Counted from the first letter of the stretch, positions 28,909-41,295 are shown. The stretch: DNA of 64,000 nucleotides from an uncultured Acidobacteriota bacterium (GCA_963800055.1 CAWCZP010000003.1:218824-282823); one strand, 5' to 3'. The notes: generated by a model not told the origin, from the letters alone. Numbers and translations: made by a program.

Positions 28909-29364
28909 GTGAATAAGCAAACGCTCATGCACGTTTTGATCTACGGACTCGTCGGAGGCGTCCTGATCGTCGTGCTCAAAGTGATCGAGTTTCGATTTCT
29001 CGTGGTCGAGCACGCGATTGAGATCTATGTCGGGCTTATTGCCGTGATCTTCGCGGGCGTCGGCATCTGGCTCGGGCTTAAGCTGACAAAAAAGAAAGAG
29101 GTGCTGGTCGTTAAGGAAGTGCCGGTGCCCTCGCAGCCGTTCGCATTGAATGAGGAGCGCCTGAGAAACCTCGGGATCACCAAACGCGAGCTCGAGATTC
29201 TCGAGTTGATAGCAGAGGGCATGAGCAACCGAGAGATTGCGGATAAACTGTTTGTCAGCGAGAACACTGTCAAGACCCACTCCAGCCGTCTCTTTGACAA
29301 ACTCAGCGCCAAGCGCCGTACTCAAGCCGTGCAGATTGCAAAAGAAAAGGGATTGATACCGTAG
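28909..29364 (+). CDS. membrane-anchored LuxR-family HTH regulator
   Basis: Two N-terminal TM helices, then ..ITKRELEILELIAEGMSNREIADKLFVSENTVKTHSSRLFDKL... Start is GTG at 28909 or ATG at 28927. Confidence 0.75.
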   Translation: MNKQTLMHVLIYGLVGGVLIVVLKVIEFRFLVVEHAIEIYVGLIAVIFAGVGIWLGLKLTKKKEVLVVKEVPVPSQPFALNEERLRNLGITKRELEILELIAEGMSNREIADKLFVSENTVKTHSSRLFDKLSAKRRTQAVQIAKEKGLIP

Positions 29365-29545
29365 AGGCCTTTGGACTTGGGTCTTAGGTCTTGGTAACAA
29401 AGGCCAAAGATCCAAGCTCTAAAACCTAATCCAAAAGTAGTATTTTGCCGTAAACCAACGAAATCACCCTAAAGTATGACGACAACTTCGCCACGCAACG
29501 ATAGCTTACGCGCAGATTTCCACAGACTGCTCAGGAGGGTTTGTC

Positions 29546-30100
29546 ATGAAGAAGATCGTTTTGACGTTCGGGTTGATTTCAGGTGGGATTTTAGCGGCGA
29601 TGATGTACGCCACGCTGCCGTTTATGGATCAGATTGGTTTCGACAACGGCCAGCTCATTGGTTACACCACGATGGTGCTGGCGTTTCTCCTCATATTCTT
29701 CGGCATACGGTCTTATCGCGAAACCATTGGCAATGGCTACATCACCTTTGGACGTGGGTTCAAGGTAGGCATTCTGATTACACTCATTGCCTGTCTCTGT
29801 TATACCGTGGCGTGGGAGATCCTGTATTTCAATTTCATACCTGACTTTGGAGATAAATACACCCAGTATTTAATCGAGAAGTCGCGCGCTTCTGGCGCCA
29901 GCCCTGAACAGATTGCGAACGAAGTCGCGAAAATGGAGCGCTTCAAGGAGATCTTCAAAAATCCGCTCTACAATTTTCTAATTGTTTTCTTTATCGAGCC
30001 TCTTCCCGTTGGACTGATAATGACAGTGCTTTCAGCTTTGATCCTGAAGAAACGCCCGGAAGCAGTTTCACAAAACCAGGAACTGGTCAGCAATCCTTGA
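29546..30100 (+). CDS. DUF4199-like membrane protein
   Basis: 184 aa with 4 TM segments; ..GYTTMVLAFLLIFFGIRSYR..G.ITFGRGFKVG.. pattern. Confidence 0.55.
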   Translation: MKKIVLTFGLISGGILAAMMYATLPFMDQIGFDNGQLIGYTTMVLAFLLIFFGIRSYRETIGNGYITFGRGFKVGILITLIACLCYTVAWEILYFNFIPDFGDKYTQYLIEKSRASGASPEQIANEVAKMERFKEIFKNPLYNFLIVFFIEPLPVGLIMTVLSALILKKRPEAVSQNQELVSNP

Positions 30101-30257
30101 TCTGAGCCGGCGTTGAATAAGTTTTGTAGACGGAAAGAAGAGCGTCGACAAAGGACAACGCACAGCCTCAATCGCCGGCCGTGCGTTGCGTGGTCCAGGT
30201 TACCGTCGCTAAAACTAACTCTGCGTAATCTCTGCGGGCGCGCGCCCATTTTCATTG

Positions 30258-30551
30258 TCACTCAACTGACGCGCAGATCTTGCGATACTGATCTTCGGTG
30301 AACGCTTTCAAAGTCTCAGTTTGAAGATTTCCCTGAGCTCCCAAAGTGAGCATCGCGGTCGCGTATGTCTCATCGTCGGGAGCTTCCATCACACACACGA
30401 GATCGTAGCGGCCCATGGTGAGGAAAGTATCTTTAATCTTCACCCCAACCTTCTTGAACGCCTTACGACCGACATCCAGACGTAAAGGACTGGCGTTCAC
30501 GTTCGTGATTCCCTGCCCGGTCCATCTCATCAACGCGATATACGTTGGCAT
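30258..30551 (-). CDS. GYD domain protein
   Basis: 97 aa; MPTYIALMRWT.QG..N.......R....K..F.K.GVK....F.TMGRYD.V.V.EAPDDE..A...L.LG..G...TETL.AF. Confidence 0.7.
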   Translation of the reverse strand: MPTYIALMRWTGQGITNVNASPLRLDVGRKAFKKVGVKIKDTFLTMGRYDLVCVMEAPDDETYATAMLTLGAQGNLQTETLKAFTEDQYRKICASVE

Positions 30552-30566
30552 ATTCGTTCCTCCTCG

Positions 30567-31703
30567 TTACACCTTTATATAGATCTGTTTCCGGTAAAGC
30601 AGCCACATCAATAAAAGCCAAAGCAAAATAAATGCGATCGCATAGAACAGCGACGCGTTGATCGGCGACGCCCACGACAAAAAGAGATTCCGAAAGATCC
30701 AACCCTGCGAAGAGATCTGCGTGCCGTCGCCGCGTGGGAGCCTGATCAAGCCCATCAACTTCACCATCAATCCTGAACCGACAAACAGCGCAAGGGCATT
30801 CACGCCGAACACTTCAAACGGCCACGCCCAGCGACGATATCCTTTTATATCGATCACCCAGTAACAAAGCGCGAGCAATTGCAAACCGAGTCCGCCAGTG
30901 AAAAGGACGTACGAACTGGTCCACAGCGGCTTATTGATCGGGAAGAACATATTCCAGATCCACCCGAGAACGACACAGACGCCGCCGGCGACGAACATTC
31001 CCACAACCTTGTCCATCCGCGTCCGTTCACTGCGTAACCAGTGGCCCGTCAACACGCCGAGCAGTGTCGTCGCGACAGCCGGGATCGTGCTCAGTAATCC
31101 TTCCGGATCGTAAACCCTTCCCTGTCGCCAGATGTGCGGGCCCAGAAGCTTGCGATCTATAAAGGACGCGATGCTGCCCTCCTTGCTGAGATCGCCCGCG
31201 GTCCATCCCGGCGCCGCAAGGTTAGTCATCAGGATCCAATAGACGACGAGCAACGCAAGTGCAATCAGAAGTTGCGTCCTTATTTTTGTCGTCAGGAAAA
31301 TAAGTGACGCGATCAGGTAACAGATCGCGATTCGTTGTAGCACGCCAGGGATTCGTATCGTCGATAGTTGGAAATAAGGAAAGCCGTTTAGAAACAGCCC
31401 GAGACCAAAGATAATCGCGGCGCGCTTAATCACCTTCAGATACAAGTCACGCCTCACCGTGCTTTCCTCGACTCGACGTCCAAAAGCGAGCGTGATTGAT
31501 ACGCCGACTATGAAAAGGAAGAACGGAAAGACGAGATCTGTCGGCGTCCAGCCATGCCATTCCGCATGTAGAAGCGGCCAGTAGACGCTGGACCACGTGC
31601 CGGGATTGTTTACGAGCACCATGCCCGCGATCGTTAGACCGCGAAAGACGTCGAGCGAAACGAGGCGCCCGCTGGGATTGGCTGCAAACACTTTGGGGGA
31701 CAT
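30567..31703 (-). CDS. acyltransferase-family membrane protein (heparan-alpha-glucosaminide N-acetyltransferase / DUF1624-DUF5009-like)
   Basis: ..[25 protein letters not shown]..; about 10 TM segments. Confidence 0.6.
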   Translation of the reverse strand: MSPKVFAANPSGRLVSLDVFRGLTIAGMVLVNNPGTWSSVYWPLLHAEWHGWTPTDLVFPFFLFIVGVSITLAFGRRVEESTVRRDLYLKVIKRAAIIFGLGLFLNGFPYFQLSTIRIPGVLQRIAICYLIASLIFLTTKIRTQLLIALALLVVYWILMTNLAAPGWTAGDLSKEGSIASFIDRKLLGPHIWRQGRVYDPEGLLSTIPAVATTLLGVLTGHWLRSERTRMDKVVGMFVAGGVCVVLGWIWNMFFPINKPLWTSSYVLFTGGLGLQLLALCYWVIDIKGYRRWAWPFEVFGVNALALFVGSGLMVKLMGLIRLPRGDGTQISSQGWIFRNLFLSWASPINASLFYAIAFILLWLLLMWLLYRKQIYIKV

Positions 31704-31798
31704 TATGTTTTTGTGTTTTCTTGTGCCTTTTTGTGGCTGAGTCTATTCGAATGACCGGTCGATCTCAAACTGTTATGTGTTAGAGTGTTGACTGTCGA

Positions 31799-32833
31799 AT
31801 GTCCCTGATGCTCCAAGAGATCGCCGAGCAGCCGGCCGCACTCGAGCGCACGATCGCGGAAGAGCGCGCCAAGATCGCAAAGCTCGGAAGCCTGCTGAAG
31901 ACGCGCGACATTCACCTCATCGTTCTGGTCGCTCGCGGCAGTTCCGATAACGCAGCGCTCTTCGGCCGTTACCTGCTTGAAATCACTACCGGCATTCCGG
32001 TTTCACTTTCAGCTCCATCCGTTCACACGATCTACAACGCGCGGCTCAGGTTGGACCACGCCCTCGTCGTCGGCGTATCGCAGTCAGGCGAAGGCGAAGA
32101 CATCAATCGTGTCCTCGAAAGCGCTCGACAGTCTGGCGCTCACACGATCGGAATCACCAACGAGCCGGGATCTTCGATGACGCACTTCGTCGACGAGACG
32201 TTGCTGACACATGGAGGCCGCGAACGCTCGGTAGCAGCAACCAAAACATTTACAGGCCAGATGCTCCTCTTTTATATGCTTGCGGCAGAGCTGGCCCAGA
32301 ACTCTGCGCCGTTTTCGTACGAAGCGATTCCACAGTTCGTCGCCGGTGCGCTCGAGCAGAAGCCTGCGATCGTCGAGCTGGTCCAACGTTACGTGTTCAT
32401 GGAAAATTGCGTTGTCGTCGGACGCGGGCTCGCCTATGCGAATGCATACGAGATGGCGTTGAAACTTATGGAGACTTGCTACGTCGTCGCGGAGCGTTTC
32501 TCTTCAGCAGATTTTCTGCATGGTCCACTGGCGATGGTCGAGCGCCATTTTCCAGTGATACTCTTTGCGCCGCCGGGTGTCATGCTACCGGGAGTTAAGA
32601 GTTTGATTGAACGTCTACGTGAGCTGCACGCCGATACGCTGGCGATCACGAGCGACCTCGATGCCGCAGCGATGTGTACGCGCGCGATCGTGATGTCGCG
32701 TGAGTTGGACGAGTTTCTCGCGCCGATTCCCTACATAGTTCCCGGTCAACTTTTTGCGGCCTTGCTCGCTGAAGCGAAGGGTCTCAATCCGGATGCGCCA
32801 CGATCGTTGTCAAAAGTGACGCGGACACTTTGA
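31799..32833 (+). CDS. SIS-domain sugar isomerase/deaminase (GlmS isomerase-half / AgaS / FrlB-like)
   Basis: ..LVARGSSDNAA.., ..VGVSQSGEGEDI.., tandem SIS pattern; no glutaminase domain. Confidence 0.7.
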   Translation: MSLMLQEIAEQPAALERTIAEERAKIAKLGSLLKTRDIHLIVLVARGSSDNAALFGRYLLEITTGIPVSLSAPSVHTIYNARLRLDHALVVGVSQSGEGEDINRVLESARQSGAHTIGITNEPGSSMTHFVDETLLTHGGRERSVAATKTFTGQMLLFYMLAAELAQNSAPFSYEAIPQFVAGALEQKPAIVELVQRYVFMENCVVVGRGLAYANAYEMALKLMETCYVVAERFSSADFLHGPLAMVERHFPVILFAPPGVMLPGVKSLIERLRELHADTLAITSDLDAAAMCTRAIVMSRELDEFLAPIPYIVPGQLFAALLAEAKGLNPDAPRSLSKVTRTL

Positions 32834-32837
32834 AACC

Positions 32838-33089
32838 ATGAACGTTGAATTGAAGGGCACGCACCCCGTCTACATGCAGGTCCGAGAACAGGTCGAGGCC
32901 CAGATCCGCAACAAGACCCTCGGCCCGGGCGAATCCCTTCCGTCTCCGGCGGCCCTCTCCAAAAAACTCTCCGTCGACAAAGGCGAGATCCAGCGCGCCT
33001 ACTTCGAGCTCGAACAACTCGGCCTGATTACAAGGCACACCGGCAAAGACTTTCTCGGCAAGCCTAAGATCGACTACCGCGTAGCTTAA
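32838..33089 (+). CDS. GntR-family winged-helix DNA-binding protein (HTH domain only)
   Basis: ..PVYMQVREQVEAQIRNKTLGPGESLPS.AALSKKL.V..GEIQRAYFELEQLGLI... Confidence 0.65.
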   Translation: MNVELKGTHPVYMQVREQVEAQIRNKTLGPGESLPSPAALSKKLSVDKGEIQRAYFELEQLGLITRHTGKDFLGKPKIDYRVA

Positions 33090-33120
33090 TCGAAGAGTCC
33101 GCTATGCGGAGAACTCTTCT

Positions 33121-33192
33121 CGCGCAAAGGCGCAGAGGCGCAAAGCGCTGCCGCGTTTCTAGAGGCTTTCTTTGCGCCTTTGCGCCTTTGCG
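33121..33192. repeat. GCGCAAAG-word hairpin
   Basis: CGCGCAAAGGCGCAGAGGCGCAAAGCG ... CTTTGCGCCTTTGCGCCTTTGCG; preceded by a second small hairpin GAAGAGT..ACTCTTC (33092-33119). Confidence 0.7.
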
Positions 33193-33218
33193 TCGGAATG
33201 TTTTTCCCTCTCGCAGCC

Positions 33219-33248
33219 TTGACAGAAACCTATGTAGATAATTATACG
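33219..33248 (+). promoter_or_regulatory. candidate padR promoter with overlapping dyads
   Basis: TTGACA (33219-33224), an AT-rich -10 region TAATTATAC about 17 nt downstream, and interleaved inverted repeats ACCTAT..ATAGGT and TAGATA..TATCTA. Confidence 0.35.
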
Positions 33249-33278
33249 TATAGGTATCTAGCCTGATGGGAGTGATCG

Positions 33279-33605
33279 ATGAAGAAGAATTATCTGTCCT
33301 ACACGATGGCCTTGACTCTACAGGCGATCGAGAACGGTTACAGCTACGGATTCGACATCATGACGATTACCGGACTGCCCAGTGGAACCGTCTACCCTGC
33401 GCTGCGGCGGTTAGAAAATGCCGACTTTGTCGTATCAAAGTGGGAGCGACAGTCGATCGCGCAAAACGAGCAACGGCCGCCACGCAAGTATTACGAAGTA
33501 ACCAAACCGGGCCGCACAGCTTTAACCGAGGCGCGGGAGCGCTTTCATCTGCTGTCACAATTTGAACCCATGGCCACGAAAAAACCTGCGCGACAGAAAG
33601 GTTGA
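33279..33605 (+). CDS. PadR family transcriptional regulator
   Basis: ..[27 protein letters not shown]......PRKYYEVT..G.. Confidence 0.85.
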   Translation: MKKNYLSYTMALTLQAIENGYSYGFDIMTITGLPSGTVYPALRRLENADFVVSKWERQSIAQNEQRPPRKYYEVTKPGRTALTEARERFHLLSQFEPMATKKPARQKG

Positions 33606-33616
33606 AGGACCCCAGC

Positions 33617-33800
33617 TTGTCAAAACAGACGCGAACACGTCCGTGGTTATGGCCGATCACTTTCATCGGAGTGCTCATACCAGGCCGATTACGCGCCGAT
33701 TGGCGCCAGGAATGGGTCGCGGAACTGCGTTACGCGAAGAGTTGCTGGCCGAGTGGGAGCGTCTGAATTGGCGAACGAAACTCAATTTGATTTGGAGTTT
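33617..33800 (+). pseudogene. N-terminal remnant of an ADOP/FtsX-type permease (frameshifted and truncated)
   Basis: ..[19 protein letters not shown].. then, in another frame, ..[21 protein letters not shown].. This is the conserved N-terminal signature of the permeases that normally follow PadR in Acidobacteria. The rest of the roughly 800-aa protein is missing. Confidence 0.6.
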
Positions 33801-33829
33801 CCTCAGACTAATCAATGGCTCGTCCAAGT

Positions 33830-33945
33830 CCGCAAAGACATATCGGAATTGTGATAACGAAAGACACGCTGGGCTCGCTTACGACATCTGGGCCAAAGAA
33901 CTATTCGGTGAGTGTGCACGAACAAATTTCATTTCTATCAATTAA
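33830..33945 (+). pseudogene. C-terminal fragment of an AP2-type DNA-binding domain
   Basis: ..KTYRNCDNERHAGLAYDIWAKELFGECARTNF resembles the ..lG.F...eeAa.AYd.aA.elfGe.A..NF end of AP2 domains from phage/HNH-associated genes. It is fused in frame to the permease remnant. Confidence 0.4.
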
Positions 33946-34230
33946 CTAGCTACATATAGCAAATGAATCAAACAGAAGACCGGAAGCCGGTCGTCAATAG
34001 AGACATCCAAGTAGAGACGGTCTCAAGCAAACAAGCCTCTACTGGAAACTTGAAATGGATAATCACCGATTCGAATAACGTCAAATACTTCTTCTGGCAA
34101 AAGAACAACGGTGGAGACTGTGATACTTACAAAGCCTTTACAGGAATGGGCGTTAAGAAGCGTGATGTTAAACAGAATAGTTCCTCTGCCACACAAAGGG
34201 TCTAATACTCCTGACAAGGCACTCCACCAA

Positions 34231-34386
34231 TCAATGATTAAGCTGCTTCGGCGGCTTTTCATTTGTCTCAAAGCGAAATCTCACACTGAATTCCTTAAGC
34301 CCACTTTGACGTATCGCTCCAGCTACAGCTTTAATCGCTGCGCTGATAACTACCAAAGCTCCTACCCCTAATAGAAATGTCTCCAT
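34231..34386 (-). CDS. small hydrophobic peptide (51 aa) with a strong RBS
   Basis: GGAGG lies 6 nt upstream of the ATG; METFLLGVGALVVISAAIKAVAGAIRQSGLKEFSVRFRFETNEKPPKQLNH. Not in the ORF track (under 60 aa). Sits in an AT-rich patch. Confidence 0.3.
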   Translation of the reverse strand: METFLLGVGALVVISAAIKAVAGAIRQSGLKEFSVRFRFETNEKPPKQLNH

Positions 34387-34716
34387 AGGCCACCTCCGCA
34401 ATCAACCACTACAGTTCTAACACACTGTTTACGCCACCGGGTAGGTAAATGTAATCGATTATACATAACTAATTTTGGCCCATTAAGTGTGGAAAGAACC
34501 GAAACAGCTAGATGAAGTTCAACTTAGCAGAAAAATTCATTTGTGGAAAAAAAGAAGTATCAATGCGTATCCAACGACCTGCCGTCATCTGACCTTTTCA
34601 AACAGTAGACGAGGCGAAACTTTCACTAGGCGCTACTCATCCCGCCTTCGCGAGCGCAACCCTAGGCTATATGCCGGCGCCTGCTTCGCAGGCTGAAACA
34701 CAGAGAACCGCATCAA

Positions 34717-35172
34717 TTAGTTTCCGAGTTCACCGCGGAAGAAAAGTAGCAGCACCTCAATCACGATTCGAACCGTAAAGATCACAGGTACGCCGATGAG
34801 CAGTGCCAGCGAGATCCACCATGAACGCCGCGCCTTTTTATAATCAGCGTCGTCAGTAACCAGCGTGGCATACCTTATCTGCCAGCGAATCAACAGCACG
34901 AGCACGACAACGAAAGCGATGAGGAACCCGGAAAAGAAAAGAAAAGGCACAAACGGAAGCATACTCAGACCTAGAAAAACATACATTCCGATCGCCGCTG
35001 TTCGCAGAAAACTTGCGTCGCTGTAAGCATGATTCGCTTTCTCCTGCCTGTCTGCAATTAGCTGCGCCACACCAGGGTCAACCGGCACAGAGCAATAACG
35101 ACATTGCGTCATGCTGTCGTTAATCATTTCACTACAGTTTGGACAGCGAAAGGTACGAGGGTTCGCGAGCAT
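34717..35172 (-). CDS. zinc-ribbon membrane protein (hypothetical)
   Basis: N-terminal CPNC..(13)..CRYC, then 3 TM helices. Confidence 0.5.
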   Translation of the reverse strand: MLANPRTFRCPNCSEMINDSMTQCRYCSVPVDPGVAQLIADRQEKANHAYSDASFLRTAAIGMYVFLGLSMLPFVPFLFFSGFLIAFVVVLVLLIRWQIRYATLVTDDADYKKARRSWWISLALLIGVPVIFTVRIVIEVLLLFFRGELGN

Positions 35173-35265
35173 GTAATTTTCTCCTGGGCTGAGATAGAGG
35201 AAATTTGGGACCGCATTATATAGTTGCCAAAAGCCTGTGGTACAGTCTTTCGGCCAATTGATCTT

Positions 35266-35350
<85 letters not shown>

Positions 35351-35355
35351 AAAGA

Positions 35356-35430
35356 GCTTGGTCTTTGGCCTTAGGTCTTTGCTAGTTGTTGCTAAGAACA
35401 AAACCTAAGACCTGAGACCTAAGACCAAGC
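35356..35430. repeat. TAAGACC-word hairpin immediately after tRNA-Leu
   Basis: GCTTGGTCTTTGGCCTTAGGTCTT ... AACCTAAGACCTGAGACCTAAGACCAAGC. A related word set is at 29366-29430. Confidence 0.75.
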
Positions 35431-35441
35431 ACAAAAAGAAA

Positions 35442-36771
35442 ATGAAAACCGAACTAATCGACGTCTCCTCAACGCGCAAAGAGATCAACATCGAGATCGA
35501 GCCGGCGGAGGTGCGCAGCGCTTTCGATCGCATCAGTGAAAAGTACAGCAAAGGCGTTAGCGTGCCGGGCTTTCGTCCGGGACACGCGCCAACCTCGGTC
35601 GTCCGCGCTCGTTATAAAAGCGAGATCAGGGCCGAGGTGTTGCGTGAGTTACTTCCCGAAGCCGTTAACAGCGCAATCGTCGAACACTCACTCGCCACAG
35701 TGGCCGATCCTGAAGTGGAGTTTGACAATACTCAGGGGGTAAATCCTGCGAGTGAAGAAGCGCTGAAGCTGAAAGTCAAAGTGGAAGTGCTTCCTGAGAT
35801 CCAGCTCGATACATATAAAGGACTCGAAGCAACTCGCCGCAAGCGTCCAATCACTGACGCCGACGTCGAAAAGATCATCGACGGCTTGCGCGACGGTTCT
35901 GCATCGCTACAGCCCGTCGAAGATCGCGCTTCGGAAATCGGCGACACAGTAACAATCAACGCACAGTGGCAACTACGTCGACGAACCCGAAGGGGAAGAA
36001 GTCAAAGTCGATGATGTTGAGGTAGTTCTCGGTGGCCCGGGAGTGATGGAAGAGTTCACTCAGAACCTTACCGGCGTCAAACCAGAAGAGACACGGAGCT
36101 TCACTGTCGAGTATCCCGCTGACTACAACGCGCAAGCTTTAGCCGGTAAGAAAATCTCGTATGTCGCAGAAGTAACGGCCGTTCGCCGCAAAGAGCTGCC
36201 AGAGCTTGACGACGAGTGGGCGAAGAGCCTCGGTGGCGAATTTGATTCGGTTGATGCTCTCAAAGCGAAAGTGCGAGAAGATCTCGAAGCGCGTGCCGCT
36301 GCGGAGTCAGATAGCATGCTTCGCGACGACTTACTCCGTGCGCTCATCGAGGAGAACAAATTCGAGGTTCCTCAAAGCCTCGTTGATCATCAAACGAACC
36401 ACCGTCTTGAAGGTGTCGCGCGCCAGATGATGAGTCGCGGTATCGATCTGCGAAGGCAAGAGCTCGATTGGGAAGGCGCTCGCGAAGAAATCAGGGTGCA
36501 GGCAGAGGGCGATGTGCGAGTTACGATGTTGCTCGAAAAGATTGCCAAAGCCGAGAACATCTCTGTTTCGGATGAAGAGGTTGAAGCGGAGCTCGAGTCG
36601 TTTGCAAATGCTTCACAACAACCAATAGAGCAAGTGCGTGCTGCCTTGACAAAGGAGGGGGGCGACCGTAGCATCGCGCACAGAGTGCGCAATCGTAAGG
36701 CGCTTGATCTTTTGATCGAAAACGCTCGCATTACGGACGCAGAGTGGACGGAAACAAAGGAAGCAGAATAG
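35442..36771 (+). CDS. tig: trigger factor; one frameshift near 35965-35968
   Basis: [19 protein letters not shown].. ..[12 protein letters not shown].. The second frame continues [30 protein letters not shown].. Confidence 0.9.
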
Positions 36772-36776
36772 ATCTT

Positions 36777-37361
36777 ATGGCTTTAGTCCCAATGGTCGTT
36801 GAGCAAACGTCGCGAGGCGAACGCGCCTTCGACATTTACTCACGGTTACTGAAAGATAATATTATTTTTCTGGGTACCCCGATCGACGATCAGATTGCCA
36901 ACCTTATCGTAGCCCAACTTCTATTTCTCGAAGCTGAAGACCCCGAAAAGGACATTAACGTGTACATCAATTCACCCGGTGGTTCGATCACTGCGGGAAT
37001 GGCGATCTACGACACGATGCAGTTCATTCGTCCGGACGTGACTACGATCTGCGTCGGTCAATGCGCATCGATGGGGGCACTACTGTTAGCTGCCGGCGCA
37101 AAAGGAAAACGTTTCGCCCTTCCCAATTCGCGAATCCTCATTCACCAACCATCAGGCGGATCACAAGGTCAGGCAACAGACATTCGTATTCAAGCAGAAG
37201 AGATCCTGCGAATGCGCGAACTCACCTCCCAAATCATCGCGAAGCACACCGGACAATCGTACGAGAGAGTGGAACGCGATGTTGAGCGAGATAAAATAAT
37301 GTCTGCCATGCAGGCCAAAGAATATGGTTTAATAGACGAGGTCATCGCGCACCGGGAGTAG
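36777..37361 (+). CDS. clpP: ATP-dependent Clp protease proteolytic subunit
   Basis: [66 protein letters not shown].. Confidence 0.95.
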   Translation: MALVPMVVEQTSRGERAFDIYSRLLKDNIIFLGTPIDDQIANLIVAQLLFLEAEDPEKDINVYINSPGGSITAGMAIYDTMQFIRPDVTTICVGQCASMGALLLAAGAKGKRFALPNSRILIHQPSGGSQGQATDIRIQAEEILRMRELTSQIIAKHTGQSYERVERDVERDKIMSAMQAKEYGLIDEVIAHRE

Positions 37362-37397
37362 AGCGCGGGTCACCCAAAGGAGCTTCATCTCTAAACT

Positions 37398-38642
<1,245 letters not shown>

Positions 38643-38650
38643 TAAAAGTT

Positions 38651-38709
38651 GCCACAAACGGCACATAAATCAGCTACTATTCGTTTTACCTTTTTGTGCC
38701 TCTTGTGGC
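38651..38709. repeat. CACAAA-word hairpin after clpX
   Basis: GCCACAAACGGCACATAAA ... CCTTTTTGTGCCTCTTGTGGC. Confidence 0.7.
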
Positions 38710-38784
38710 TAAACCTCTAACGATAGCGCACCCGCTGGAAATGTTTTACAATTAGCCCTCTTTCCCGGAAAAGTTGTTTTCACC

Positions 38785-41205
38785 ATGGAAGAATACTCAG
38801 ACAGAACCCCCGCAGACGTAGCCTGGTACCCGATGGTGCCGATTCGCGACGTCGTAATTTTCCCGTTTACAAAGGTAGCTTTCAAAATCGGGCGTGCAGG
38901 ATCGGTACGAGCACTCGAACAAGCGCTCTCCACTGACCGCACGATTTTCCTGGCCACTCAGCACGACGCCACCGTAGACGAACCAACTCCGGATCAGATC
39001 TACGGCATTGGAACGCTCGGCCGCATTCTCCAGTCGCAAAAACAGGATAATGGCCAGATTAAAGTCGTTGTTGAAGGCCGCGAACGCGCCACCACTGTGC
39101 GTGTTGAGAATACCGATGGAGCGTTTATGGCGCTCGTGCGCCGCGCGCCGGTGGTCAACGAAGAAGGCACTCGTCTCGATGCGCTGATTCAAAAGGTCGG
39201 CCAACTCGTCGAGCAACATCTTCGACTTGCTCCGGACACGCAAACCGACGCGCTTCAAACCGCGCTTCGCAATCAGGAACCGTCGCATCTCGCCGATGCT
39301 CTGGCGTCCCAACTTCGAATCTCCGTCGAAGACAAGCAAGGGCTGCTCGAAATCTTCTCGACGCAGGCACGCCTGCTCCGTTTGATCGAGTTGCTGGAAA
39401 CTGAGATCGAGAAACGACAACTCGATCGCACGATTCAAACTCGCGTCAAGCGACAAATGGAAAAGGCTCAGAAGGAGTACTACCTCAACGAGCAGATCAA
39501 AGCCATTCACAAAGAGCTTGGTCGCAAAGATGAGAAGGCCGAGCTCGAAGAGCTGAAGAAGAAGATCGAAGAAGCCGGCATGACTGACGAGGCCAAAGAG
39601 AAGGCGATGCAGGAACTGCACCGTCTCGAGGCCATGCCGCCGATGTCAGCCGAAGGCACAGTCTCGCGAACTTACATCGACTGGCTGATCAGTGTGCCAT
39701 GGAAACAGAAGTCGAAAGAGATCAAGGACCTCGCGAAGGCTGAAGAGGTGCTGAACGACGATCACTTTGGTCTCGAGAAGATCAAAGAACGAATCCTCGA
39801 GTATCTCGCGGTCCGTCAACTGGTGAAAAATCCGAAGGGATCGATTCTCTGTTTCGTCGGCCCTCCAGGTGTCGGCAAAACAAGTCTTGGTAAATCGATC
39901 GCGAGAGCTACGGGGCGGAAGTTCGTCAGGCTTTCACTCGGCGGCGTTCGCGATGAGGCTGAGATTCGCGGTCATCGTCGTACCTATATCGGCGCCCTGC
40001 CCGGACAGATCATTCAGATGATGAAGAAGGCCGGCGCAGTTAATCCGGTGTTGCTCCTGGATGAAGTTGATAAGTTGGGAGCAGACTTCCGCGGCGATCC
40101 GAGCGCAGCGCTGCTCGAGGTTCTCGATCCGGAACAGAACCACACGTTCCAGGATCACTACCTCGACGTTGAGTACGATCTCTCGAAGGTCTTTTTCATC
40201 GCCACGGCAAACGTACTTCATACGATTCCTCCGGCGTTGCAGGATCGCTTAGAAATATTGCGGCTGTCAGGCTACACGGAACGAGAGAAGCTGGAGATTG
40301 CGAAGCGCCATCTGGTGCCAAAACAGGCTGAGGGCAACGGCCTGAAGCTCGAACAGTTTGACTTTACCGACGAAGGCATTCTCGAAATAATTCGTCATTA
40401 CACTCGCGAAGCCGGCGTACGCAATCTCGAACGCGAGATCGGTTCGTGCTGCCGCAAGCTGGCGCGAAAGTTTGTTGCCGAGACGCCGGATGAAAACGCG
40501 AAGGCTGTAGTCGACGCGGAACGCGTTCGCGAAATGCTGGGACCGATTAAGTTTCGTCAGCAGGGTGTCGCAGCGAATAGTGAAGTTGGTCTCGCAACCG
40601 GGCTGGCGTGGACTGAGATCGGCGGCGAAGTGCTTCAGATCGAAGCCACACTTGTTAAAGGACGTGGTGGCGTAACGCTGACAGGAAAACTCGGCGACGT
40701 CATGCAGGAGTCAGCGCAAGCTGCATTAACTTGCATCCGCGCTCGCGCGGAACGTCTGGGAATGAGTCTCGATTTTATTCGTAAGCGCGATCTCCACATA
40801 CATATTCCTGAAGGTGCGATCCCGAAAGATGGTCCGTCCGCTGGTATCACCATGGCGACTGCGATGGCGTCTGCGCTGGCACGCGTAGCTGTCAGGAAGA
40901 ATGTCGCAATGACGGGCGAGATAACGCTTCGAGGCAAGGTGCTTCCGATCGGCGGGGTGAAAGAGAAATTGCTCGCCGCACATCGTTTCGGCATCGACAC
41001 GATCATTCTGCCCAAGGACAATGAGAAGGATTTGATCGAGGTGCCCGAGGAAGTTCGCGATGCGCTCTGCGTCAATCTGGTTGAGACGATTGATGAAGTG
41101 TTGTCGCTCGCGCTCGAGGACACTTGCCCGACACAGGCCGCCACCGACGAAGGTCCACCGCTGTGGACGACCGAGCAGCCTTCACAGGGAATTCAGACAA
41201 GCTAA
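38785..41205 (+). CDS. lon: ATP-dependent protease Lon (LonA)
   Basis: 806 aa; N-domain ..[14 protein letters not shown]..; Walker [10 protein letters not shown]; protease serine ..[14 protein letters not shown].. Confidence 0.95.
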   Translation: MEEYSDRTPADVAWYPMVPIRDVVIFPFTKVAFKIGRAGSVRALEQALSTDRTIFLATQHDATVDEPTPDQIYGIGTLGRILQSQKQDNGQIKVVVEGRERATTVRVENTDGAFMALVRRAPVVNEEGTRLDALIQKVGQLVEQHLRLAPDTQTDALQTALRNQEPSHLADALASQLRISVEDKQGLLEIFSTQARLLRLIELLETEIEKRQLDRTIQTRVKRQMEKAQKEYYLNEQIKAIHKELGRKDEKAELEELKKKIEEAGMTDEAKEKAMQELHRLEAMPPMSAEGTVSRTYIDWLISVPWKQKSKEIKDLAKAEEVLNDDHFGLEKIKERILEYLAVRQLVKNPKGSILCFVGPPGVGKTSLGKSIARATGRKFVRLSLGGVRDEAEIRGHRRTYIGALPGQIIQMMKKAGAVNPVLLLDEVDKLGADFRGDPSAALLEVLDPEQNHTFQDHYLDVEYDLSKVFFIATANVLHTIPPALQDRLEILRLSGYTEREKLEIAKRHLVPKQAEGNGLKLEQFDFTDEGILEIIRHYTREAGVRNLEREIGSCCRKLARKFVAETPDENAKAVVDAERVREMLGPIKFRQQGVAANSEVGLATGLAWTEIGGEVLQIEATLVKGRGGVTLTGKLGDVMQESAQAALTCIRARAERLGMSLDFIRKRDLHIHIPEGAIPKDGPSAGITMATAMASALARVAVRKNVAMTGEITLRGKVLPIGGVKEKLLAAHRFGIDTIILPKDNEKDLIEVPEEVRDALCVNLVETIDEVLSLALEDTCPTQAATDEGPPLWTTEQPSQGIQTS

Positions 41206-41210
41206 GAAAG

Positions 41211-41273
41211 CCATCCACAGATTACACAGATTACACAGATTTTTTAAGACCTATCTGTGTAATCTGTGGATGG
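41211..41273. repeat. CACAGATTA-word hairpin after lon
   Basis: CCATCCACAGATTACACAGATTACACAGAT ... ATCTGTGTAATCTGTGGATGG; the same word as the palindrome at 26831-26870. Confidence 0.85.
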
Positions 41274-41295
41274 GTCTAACTAACAGGAGAGGATC

